NCBI GenBank assembly: GCA_030264375.1
Contig: JASCQW010000128.1
Span: 20,554,961-20,618,960 of the forward strand
DNA length: 64,000 bases
Reading direction: 5' to 3'
Origin: Carcharhinus longimanus
Lineage: Eukaryota
Both the position numbers and the translations under genes were made by a program. Under the pieces are notes generated by a model that searched no databases, was not told the DNA's origin, and saw only the letters and a list, made by a program, of their open reading frames with translations. The first letter of the stretch is position 1, and each line of letters opens with the position of its first letter. Positions 49,901 to 61,900 of the stretch are shown one piece after another.

Positions 49901-52900
49901 TAGTGACTAGATTGTCTATTTGGGTTTGAAATGTGTGCCTTATCATGGTTTAAATGTGAATGTCTGTATTTAATTCTTCCATTAACAGATTGATGACTCT
50001 GGAACATCTATCTCTCTGGCCCAGCTTACAAAGGTAGAAAATGTTTCTTTTTTGCTGTTAGTGGTGTTTTTTTTCCCTGCCAATTGAATCCATTGCAAAG
50101 TTTAATTGTATTAAATGTTGCACTAATCTGTAATTGTCCCATATATTATCCAATGCAAATTTACATTAATGCATTGTATATTATCATTTTGCATAATGTT
50201 GCATATATTCAAATGCATTTATATTGTCATTAAAAGTATTGTAATTTGTGTAAAATGTCAGTAACTTGAAACATATACCGAATATCCTGTAAAGAGTGAG
50301 TGAAATGGGGAAGATGGAAGGGAGTCCCTCGACAGCCTCACCTAGCTACTATAATGCTCGTCTACCTCAGTCAGTCATGAAAATACAGCAAGATAAAACC
50401 TTAGCTAATTGCTTTTTTTAAAATCTGGGGTGTGGTGAATGCTAAATGGGTTATTCTACCTTTGGCTTTGAACATCTCGCCGGTAAAGAAGGCGATAGAA
50501 GAACGAAAAAAGCCCAGATCACTGGATACGGTGATTGGTATGAAGGTTTTTGCCTTTAGCATCATCAAATTCATGTAAGACTGTAAGCATAAAGACTGTT
50601 ATCTCAGCATTACAGCCAAGAAATGAAAGTTACCTCTGTTGTTGTTGATGAAGTATAAATCTTGTGTGTAAGCTTTTCCTGAATTTTATAGCATTGTCTA
50701 CAGTCAAATAACCATGATTTGAATACGTGTATGCCAATCCCCTGTGTTGTATTGACCCTTGCATAGCTTAGCATTGACCATGTAAATGTAAAACGCTAAA
50801 TACAATAAACTATGTTCTCTTAAGACCAGATGTTGGAAAGGGTGTATATGGGTGATCATTTGTTTGAACACAGACTATAAACCTATGTGAAATTGGTGTT
50901 TTTTTTTGTTGTTGTTGCTGCGTCTTGGCTAATCTATAGAGAGGGACAAGTATTAGTCATATTAGTGGATGCTTGTGCCAAGGTGAGAAAAAAGATGGAG
51001 ATTCCAGCTACCGCTCATTGTATTTACATTGCCTTAACTTACTGTACTTGCCCTCCTGATTTGTAGATCTCCCTGGATCATCTGAACTTAAACCCAATGT
51101 AACTATGTCCACAGGAAATGCGTCTTCATTTTAGGGGTGGAAAATTTGTATACCTGCAGAACCCCACACACATTCACTGGTATCTGCAGTTGATCATTTC
51201 TAGATGTGTTTATCTGAAGTGAAATGCTGTTTGGGTTCAAACGAAGTGTTTTGTGTGAGCGGTACAGTTAAACCTTGATGGGATCAATCTCTTATTTGCT
51301 GCATCATGGAATTAAACTTAAATTACTAAATGCATAAAGAATGGATGAGTGGTGGAATTTTTGCATCTGATGGGTTATTAGTGTTTCACTGGGCATTTTG
51401 TTGAATGTTACTCAAGCACTGAGGTTCATCCACTGAAATAATTGATTTATTTGTACAGCATATTGTTTTCCCAGTCCTAGTCATTTCAGGATATATTTAA
51501 ATGCAATTTGCGAATTCTGTCTGAAAAGGGCTGCTCAAGAGAATAATCTCATTCTCAACACAAGTCAAATGATCTGATGGGACAGATCACATGTTCAGCA
51601 ATAAGTAACCTCCCTCTTGTTTACTTTTGTGCATCAATGTCACATGTGGCTATCATTTTTTTTAATCCATCTGCGTGGGTGAATTTTTTTTATTGCCTGG
51701 AAGAGTAAGAATATTTCATCTTAGCCAGTATTACATCGCCAGTTCCAGAACCTGGCTCAAATCTGCTGCACCTACAACGAAGGGCTTTTCCTAGCTGTGG
51801 CTCGTACTTTGCCTATTCGCTCTTCACACAGGTTCTGCTAAAGTCCAAGGAGAATTCAAAACGAAGAGTTCCAGTACTGATCAATATTTCATGCAGGAAA
51901 ACTGGCTAAAATATTCAGAGCTGATATCAAATGCAAAAACTGCCACACAACTCCAGATGCCATACAGAAGGAACATGTTTTCAAGACAGACCCTTACCAG
52001 CTGACTTAATTGGGTGGTATCAGGGAATATGTTCAAATCATGCTGTGACTGTGTTTGGGAGCACTCGAGCATAACTATCTCAGCTGTGTATGGAATCTAT
52101 AACATATTTACAGAAGTTTAAAATATGCTGCACAAAGGTCAAAAGGCTTGCTTTTCTGAAGGTAAGTGCTGCAGCATATCAACCTCTGGGTCCCTGCCTG
52201 GGAAAGACTTCAATCATCCAACAACTGGAAAACTAGATCTTAACTGAANNNNNNNNNNNNNNNNNNNNNNNNNNNNNNNNNNNNNNNNNNNNNNNNNNNN
52301 NNNNNNNNNNNNNNNNNNNNNNNNNNNNNNNNNNNNNNNNNNNNNNNNNNNNNNNNNNNNNNNNNNNNNNNNNNNNNNNNNNNNNNNNNNNNNNNNNNNN
52401 NNNNNNNNNNNNNNNNNNNNNNNNNNNNNNNNNNNNNNNNNNNNNNNNNNNNNNNNNNNNNNNNNNNNNNNNNNNNNNNNNNNNNNNNNNNNNNNNNNNN
52501 NNNNNNNNNNNNNNNNNNNNNNNNNNNNNNNNNNNNNNNNNNNNNNNNNNNNNNNNNNNNNNNNNNNNNNNNNNNNNNNNNNNNNNNNNNNNNNNNNNNN
52601 NNNNNNNNNNNNNNNNNNNNNNNNNNNNNNNNNNNNNNNNNNNNNNNNNNNNNNNNNNNNNNNNNNNNNNNNNNNNNNNNNNNNNNNNNNNNNNNNNNNN
52701 NNNNNNNNNNNNNNNNNNNNNNNNNNNNNNNNNNNNNNNNNNNNNNNNNNNNNNNNNNNNNNNNNNNNNNNNNNNNNNNNNNNNNNNNNNNNNNNNNNNN
52801 NNNNNNNNNNNNNNNNNNNNNNNNNNNNNNNNNNNNNNNNNNNNNNNNNNNNNNNNNNNNNNNNNNNNNNNNNNNNNNNNNNNNNNNNNNNNNNNNNNNN

Positions 52901-55900
52901 NNNNNNNNNNNNNNNNNNNNNNNNNNNNNNNNNNNNNNNNNNNNNNNNNNNNNNNNNNNNNNNNNNNNNNNNNNNNNNNNNNNNNNNNNNNNNNNNNNNN
53001 NNNNNNNNNNNNNNNNNNNNNNNNNNNNNNNNNNNNNNNNNNNNNNNNNNNNNNNNNNNNNNNNNNNNNNNNNNNNNNNNNNNNNNATGTTCAGTTTAAA
53101 AAATGATTTTTCCTGTGTGAAATAACCTGAAGGATTGGGAATACTGTAGCTAAAGGTGGGAACACTTGAACAAGCTCTTTGGGGCTAACAAAAAGGTCCA
53201 CTTTCTGGTCACCATGTTGTTGAGGTGGCGCGTTTCTCCATGCAACTGAAATTGTTTTCCATCTGCAAGGCACAATGATGAATCTATCCTAAGCAGTGTA
53301 AACCAATAAAATATTTCATGCAATATGGTGTTTCTTATGCGTTGTTACCATTAAATATTTTTTAAAATCTGATGTTTAATTTTTGCTTCTAAAATGGGTT
53401 TTGGGAACATGGGGCTGTGGAGCTTTGCCAAAATCTGCTGGTTGAAGAGCTTGTTGAGTTAATCCAATTTACTGGGATAGATACCTAGGGAATGTAAGGG
53501 AGATGCTGAGATTATAGTTGTGGACTAACTAACTTGGTGGGGGTTGAGTAGGTTCTCAAGGTTAGGTGGTCGATTATAAATGTTATAATGAGGCAAGTGG
53601 CAGATAAGGTTAGATTCTGATGTGGGGAGAATTATGAGTTGTCATTTTCTGAATTGCTGGGGATGGAATTTGCTCTGATTATAATAGATTCCTTAGGCTG
53701 TTTGTGTTATGGTGTGGTGGTTAGCTGTGTTTATAATAAAGGGGTTCCATATTTAACTGAACCTGTGTTTTGGATGGTTGGTTGTGGATTGTACTAAGCT
53801 GTCCAGTTGTCCCTGTATATTGAATGGGTAATTTTTGTTTTGGAAAGAAGGTTTGAGTACATGAAACAGGAGGTTTGAGTGTAAGAGCCATGGGGTTATG
53901 CTGCAACTATACAGGACCTTGGTGAGACCACATTTGGAATATTGTTTGCAGCTCTGGTCACCTCACTATAAGAAGGATGTGGAAGCATTGGAGAGAATGC
54001 AGAGGAGATTTACCAGGATGCTGCCTGATTTTGGAGGGTAGGTCTTGTGAGGAAAGGTTGAGGGAGCTGGGGCTTCTCTCTTTAGAGGCGAGGAGGATGA
54101 GAGGCGACTATTGGTTTATAACATGATGAGGGAAATAGAGTGGACGTGCAGAGACCATTTCCTTGGGTGGATGTAGCTATTATAGGGGGCGTAACTATAA
54201 GTTTCATGGTGGGAGATATAGGAGGGATGTCTGAGGTAGATTCTTCACTCAGAGTGGTTGGGGTATGGAATGCACTGCCTGCTGTGATAGGAACTTACAA
54301 GCGGTTATTGGAGCACATCAGATTGATAGGCAATGGGATAGCTTGATCTTAGATTCGGACCTAGCTCGGCACAACATCGAGGGCTGAAGGGCCTGTACTG
54401 TTCTATGCTCTTTGTTCTAAGGTCTGGGTTCAATGCTGGCCTTGAGTCACGTCGAATTTGCACATTCTCTGTGTCTGTGTGGGTTTCCTCCTCCAGGCCA
54501 AAGATGTGCAGGATAGGTGGATTGACATTATAACTGTTCAGCATTACCAGGAGAGGATGAGGTGCTCTTTCTGCACTGTAGATTCTATGGTTCTAGTGAA
54601 TGAGGAAACAATCTAGTTTGTTCAGAAGAGAAATTATCTATCCTAGTGTGGGAATAATCAAGATTTTCAAAGTTTGTAGTAAGGTTGGATTCTAATGTGG
54701 GGAGATTTATAAGTTGTCATTTTCTGAATTGCTGGGGATGGGATTTGTCCTGATTGTAATATATTCCTTAGGCTGCTTGTGTTACAGTGTGGAAGTTAAC
54801 TGTGTATATAGCAAAGTTGTTCCATACTTAACTGAGAATCTGTTTTGGATGGTTTGTTGTGGATTGTACTTATAACATTGTTTAAAGTCAGAGAAAAGTT
54901 GTCCAGTTGTCCCCATATATTGAATGGGTATTTTTTGTTTTGGATAGAAGGTTTAAGTACATGAATACAGATTCTCATCTGGGCCTGTTTCCCGTGCTGT
55001 GTTGTTCTTTGTAATAATAATGTGTAGTGCCTCAAAGGGAGAAAGTGGATTTTGCCTGTGTGCTACTTTTACTGTGAAATCCTACTCATCTCTAATAACC
55101 AGTGACTACGAGAGAACCTCAGCTCTGAAAGTTATCCTATATGATTTCATTGAAATAAGTCCTACTAACATTTAGATTTTTCCACAAATCCCAATGACTT
55201 ACTTGAACTGAGTGATGGCAGGTCTAGGCTGCATTAATTCCAGTGTTATGATTTTTCCTTCATTTGTTGGAAATTGCTGTTGTTACCCTGATGCTATGGC
55301 CACAATTGGAGACTTATTGCAGAATAGTGAACCCTGTGCCAAATCAAGTCCTATAACTTCATGTACATAGGCAATTAAAATAAGCAAATAAGTGTATCAT
55401 TGAGTTTTAATTTCTATCAAAACATAGTTTTAGAAACTGGTAAGCAGTCACCCACACAAACAGGAATTGCAGGGAATTAGTTTGTTCTTCCAATGAAAAG
55501 TCAGCAGAGTTGATCTTACCAAGGGTTTTACTGTACATGTGTGCACTGCTGGTGTTTGAAATGGTGCTGAGAGAGTAAACTGTATGGAATAGAACCCAAA
55601 TGGCTAGGTAGACTGGAATAAAATTCTTGATGGCTGGGTGTGGCTGTGTGAGAGCACCAAAGAACTCTTCTACGTTGGATCTCCTGTACTCCAGACTGTC
55701 AGAGCAGCTAGCGATTGTTAATTACTATGAATTGACCAGAGAAAATGCTGACCCTNNNNNNNNNNNNNNNNNNNNNNNNNNNNNNNNNNNNNNNNNNNNN
55801 NNNNNNNNNNNNNNNNNNNNNNNNNNNNNNNNNNNNNNNNNNNNNNNNNNNNNNNNNNNNNNNNNNNNACATTTTAGAACACTGAGTCTTTGAATTATTT

Positions 55901-58900
55901 GTCACACTTGAGATTACAGCAGTGATCCAGAAGTAAAAATGATATTCATTCTATCATCGACCAAGCATTCATCATTGGTTTTGTCTGATTTCTGGGGCAT
56001 GTGACACATTCAAAGAAGCATGTTCATCACTCATTTAGCTAACAAGCCCAAATAGTCTGCTTCAGTAAAAAAAAATCTGAGGTCTCTCTAAACAGAAGAG
56101 CATTTTTGCTGTTTTTCGACATTTTCCCTTTTTTAAAAGAATAGAAAAAATATAACTGATCTAGGATTGTTTTGGGCCCTTGAAAATTTCAGATGCTCAC
56201 ATTGACCTCAAAATCCTTTTCATTGAGAATTTCAGTGAGGTCCTTGGAATAGTATATTAGGAAGTCAAAGGCATTATCCAATGCTCAAAATATTATAATT
56301 CAGCTTCAGGTAATAGGCTTGAGCAGCTCTTTCTCCCATAAACGTTTACGCACCCACAAGTCAATGAGGTGGTATTGTAGCTATAAACAGATATACTTAA
56401 GAGCAATAGGGACAGGGTTTCCTGCTACTCTTTACAGGATGTGGACTGGAGTGTACAGTAAATTCTGGGTGGTAATTATTTTTGTAACACACGCCTATCA
56501 AACAGACGGCCAATCTGGCTGAAGCTAACGCCTCAGAGGAAGATAAAATTAAGGCAATGATGACTCAGTCTGGTCAAGAATATGATCCAGTCAAGTAAGT
56601 TTGAAAAAGAATGCAATTCAAAATTTTGATGTTGATATTTCACAGGTGGCAATTGATAGCGCATATTAATTTTTTGTTCTTTCCTAGTTACATGAAGAAA
56701 CCTTTGGGTCCTCCTCCTCCAACTTATACTTGTTTTCGTTGTGGAAAACCTGGCCATTACATTAAAAACTGCCCAACAAATGGGGTGGGTAAACATGGTT
56801 CAACATTATATTTTGTAGTAACAATACTGTGCTCTTGAAGTGGGATCCTGAAACTCCCTGCCTTCTCTGGCCAGTGGTTAAACTGGAGGAACAAGTTGAT
56901 GCAGTCGGGAATGCTTCAGAAATGCATCTAAAATTTTTCCTAGCGGCAGAACAATGTTGCTGGAGGCTGTACATTTTATTGTATTGATCTAGTGTCATTT
57001 AAAGCGGTGGTTTTGATTCTTTACTTTGTGATGTCCACTTGAAGTACTTGGCCATCTGCTAGACATGTGGCCAGAATAAACAGTTTTAGGCAACTTTATT
57101 CAGTGATCTATTATTTGCTGCTGAAATGGATGGATTTCTTTGGTGGAGTTGAAACATAACAAATTATAGTATTAAAACAGTTCAAATTGTGCCTTGTCCT
57201 GGATTAAGCTTGCCAGGAACAGTGCAATCTAGTTGTGTGTTAAATTGGCCCTACACTTAATTTTAATGTGCTATTACTCTGCAATAAAAATTATGGATGA
57301 GCTTCAAAGTTGAGATAGTAGCTCTGGGATGTATGTTAGTCCAACACTAAATTCTCCGAAACGGCAGAAGATTAATGCATGGGAACAATTGTATTATCAG
57401 CAAGACAGTTGTATATATTTTTAAAAAATAAATCCTTCAACTTCTTTTGGTAAAATTCAGGACAAAAATTTTGAAGCTGTACCAAGGATTAAGAAAAGCA
57501 CAGGGATTCCCCGCAGTTTTATGGTAGAAGTTGATGACCCAAACATGAAGGGTGCAATGCTCACCAATACTGGGAAATACGCTATACCCACAATTGATGC
57601 GTAAGTACTTCAATTTCTGTTTACCTACAATCCTGAGCTGCTTGTCTGGTGGATAGTCAATCTTAATTGAAAACCTCTAATGCATGTAAAGGGTATTTGA
57701 TTGCAGGCTCCACAGCTGCAATTCTCCCATTGTAAAGTTTTCCACATAACTCCTTTAATTGGCTTCCTGGACAGTCATTTCCCATGTTAACTAACTTCTG
57801 CACAAAGTAATCAAACGTAAAATCTCTCTGCAGTCTTCAGGGGTATAGCATTGTTTCTTTGATCATTGTCACTGCTATAGTTTCAGAACCTGAACATCAT
57901 TAAAATTTTTCTATTCTAGAGAAGCATATGCGCAGGGCAAGAAAGAAAAGCCACCATTCTTACCTGAGGAGCCCTCCTCATCATCAGAAGAGGAAGATCC
58001 AATTCCCGATGAACTGTTGTGCCTTATCTGCAAGGATCTTATGATGGATGCTGTTGTCATACCATGCTGTGGGAATAGTTACTGTGATGATTGTAAGTCA
58101 CCATCGGCAGAATGCATTGCTAATGAAGCAAGTTGCTAAACGGGTCAGACAGTGGGATTCCTCTACTGTCAGCTGTGATTCAGTGGGTAACTCTCGACTC
58201 TTGAGTCAACAGGTCCTGAGTTCAAGTCCCAGCCCAGGACTTGACAAGGTTGACACCAGTGCAGTACCAAAGGAACAGAGATGCCATTTTAAGGATGAGA
58301 CACTAAACCAAGGCCCCAATCTGCTTGGCTGGATGTAAAAGACACCACGGCACTATTTCAAAAAAGAGCAAAGGGAGTTATCCTTGGTGTCGTGGCCAAT
58401 AATCATCCATCAATCAACATCACAAAAAGGAACAAATCATTTAGTTGTTAAGAAGTTTGCTGTACACATATGTTTCTTTACATCAGTGGCTATGCTTCAA
58501 AAATTCATTGGTTGTGAAGCACTTAATTAGCCAATAATTGTGAAAAGCAATTTGAATATGCAAGTTTTGTTTCTGTTTGCTATCATTTATCATACTGTGA
58601 TTTGTTTTTTACACTAAATACTTCCAATTTTTTTTAGTCCTAACTGTGTTTTGTTCCTTTTTTCTAATTGCTATGTGCAGGTATTAGGACATCGCTACTA
58701 GAGTCTGAGGAGCACACCTGCCCAACTTGCCACCAGACAGATGTTTCTCCTGATGCTTTGATTGCAAATAAATTTTTAAGACAGGTATTTCACCCAATCT
58801 AGAATTTTTGCTAAATTTACTAGCTTCTATCTTGCATAAATCACAGATTGATTTGGTCCGTTGTGTTTACACCAGCTGTGTGAATGAGCAACTAACCTAG

Positions 58901-61900
58901 TGTCATTCCCCTGCTGCCTTCCCGTAAATCTACACATTCTTCCTTTTCAGGTAATAGTATAATTCCTTTTTGAATACTTCAGTTGAACCTGCCTCCACCA
59001 CACTCTGGCAGTACATTCCATACGTACTCCACTCGCTATGCGAAAATGCTTTTTCCCGGAAAATACTTTTTGCTTCTTTTACTAATTAATTTAAATCTGT
59101 GCTCTCCCCTTTCCTTTTGAATAGGAATGGTTTCTTCCTATTTGCTCTGTCCAGACCTTTCATAATTTTGAATATTTTTATCCAATTTCCTGTAACAGTC
59201 CTAACCCTAACTTCTCCAATCTATCTTCATAATTGAAGTTCCTCATTCCTGGAACTATACTCGTGAATCTCTTCTGCACTCTCTCTAACGTCTTCTCATC
59301 CTTCCTAAAGTGCAGCACCCAGAATGGGATACAATACTCTAGCTGAGGCCGAACAAATGACTTGGACAAGCTCAATCAGGGACCCAGATTTGATTCCAGC
59401 CTTGGGTGACTGTTTGGAGTTTATATGTTCTCCCCACGTCTATGTGGGTTTTCTCTGGGTCATCTACTTTCCTCCCACAGTCCAGAGATATGCAGGTTAG
59501 GTGGATTGGCCATGCTGAATTGCCCCTTAGTGTCCCAATTTGTGTAGGTTAGATGGGTTAGCCATGGTAAATGTGTGGGATTACAAGGATAGGATAAGAT
59601 AGAAGCCCTGGGTGGGATGTTCTGCTGGAGAGTCAGTGAAGACTTGATGGGCTGAATGTCCACATGTACTGTAGGGATTCTATGATTAAGTACAGATAAC
59701 TTATCCACTGCCACTTTTTCCAATTTTAAATTTATCTCATGTCTGAATTACCTCCTGTTTTACCATGGCCTCTGTGGCATCTTCTTCCTTGTTAAAGAGA
59801 TGTAAATAAAATGAAATGGATCTTTCTTGTGATCACATTATATCCTAAATCTAATTTACTAATAAAGTATAATCCCTGTTCAGTTCTATTTTGTCAGCAA
59901 CAAATTAGTTTTATCACATTGTCTGTTGCATAAACTGCATCCTTAAACTGCTATTTGAGTAAAATCCTAGAAACACAGATGGAAAAACAAATTAGAGATG
60001 TGTTGAGAATACAATGGGATGGAATTTGAAACTTATCCTCAGCCACAGTATTCTTTTATTTGCAGGCTGTGAACAACTTCAAAAATGAAACTGGTTACAC
60101 AAAAAGAACTCGCAAGCAACAGCAGACTCAGCAACAACGACAAGTTCCATCCCATCAAACGCATAATCAACAACCTGCTCTGAGGCCATTAACCCAACTC
60201 AACCCTCAGCCTGTTCTCACTGTAAACAGAACAGCCATCTCAAAGCCACCAGACATGCCAGTCACCACTCCTACTCCAACTGGTCTCTCATCTGCCCCTG
60301 CTTCCCTTCCAAGTGCAACCTCTGCCCCAGTACGTGCTGCTTCTCCTGTGAAAACTAGTAGAGCTCCCACCACTGCCAACAATGCTCCAGATTTGTCAAC
60401 GGCTACAGTTCATGTTCATCAGCTGCCTCCAAAGCATGAAGAAGGGGATATTCCGTAAGTTTCATTCTTGTCAGAACTTTTTAGGGATTGCAGTAGCATC
60501 TTGCTGTCCACTTCAAGGAAGTTGCTTAATAGATTCTATCACAAGGACTTCAGCACAAAACCAGACCATAGTTTGTGCTGCTGCTACACATTAAATGTGC
60601 ATATGGTTCAAATGTTGCTACCATTTCAATCACTATTTCACCATTTTGTTTTTTAAACAACACTTTTTGATTAGACTCTAATTTGTATCTAATTCCTGAA
60701 AATTTGTTATATAAACCATCAGCCAATAATAATCCACTCAGTTGGTTGCCTTTAGTCTTCTGTGGCAGCCACTGTGACAGTACATAGCTAACTCCAGACC
60801 AATATCTTTGCTTCCCCTTTCCAATGCAGAATACCACATCATTATCCAAATATTGATTGCTCCTTACCTGAACTGATTGTAGACTGTAACTTAATCCTGG
60901 ATATCTGTTCCAGGACACTCTATTGGATTCCAGCTGGTAGTGAGACACTTCTTAACCTTATGGTATAATCACAACTTTCCAATTTTACTTGTATGATTGC
61001 TAACTCCTTCCCCATCTCTTTCCAGAAAAAAATGAACAGGCTCATTACAAATACTTTTTTTTAAGTGTGGCTCTTTTTTTTTTTGATTACTCAGTTGCTT
61101 GTGTCTTCCAATGATTTTCATCACGCCATCTATTGGAGGGGGGAGGGTGGGCTATTGTCATCCCAGACTTCTGTGCGTGACCGTGCGTTTGCCTACATTG
61201 AAATCCACTGGCCATGATTGCCTATAATCCACTAATCTCTCTTCCATCTACATTGCTTATTGTGCCAGTGGCAAATTTGGAAATGTGGCTTTTTATCCTG
61301 TCTTCTAAGCTTTGTATAAACCTGACAAATTCTTTTTTTCTCACCACACCAATAATTTGCCTTCAATTCTATCAATTTCTACTTTCACTAAAAGCCTCTT
61401 ATGAGTTTCGTTCTTCATTCATCAGATGCCTTCTGAAAGACCTGTTCAGTAACATCCATAGGCATTCCTCTGCCCATTACTTCAGAATATTGTCAGATTA
61501 TTCAAGCATGACCTACCCTTTTCAGATCCATGCTGATGCGCTCTCATCAGCTGAAAATGTTCTCAGTCAATCTAATCTTAATTATAGACACTGTAATTTC
61601 ACAACAACAGATGTAAAATTAACTCGTCCATAATTCCATGGTTTCACTCTGTTGCCTTTCTTAATTGCTTTCTCTAATTGTCATCTTATCTCCATTTGTA
61701 AAGCTTTACGTTTAAAGACTTCTCACCGAGATCTTTTGGTGCTACTGACAGCAAACCCCTTCAAGGGCAGGATTCAGTGGTAAATCCTATTGATAGCAGT
61801 GGGTCCAGAAGATCTTGTGGCTGGCTTCCCCTCTCCACCACAAAATGCTGTGGGGGTGTGGAGTATCCACCTCTCCCAGTGTCGCTATAAGCTGTTTGTT

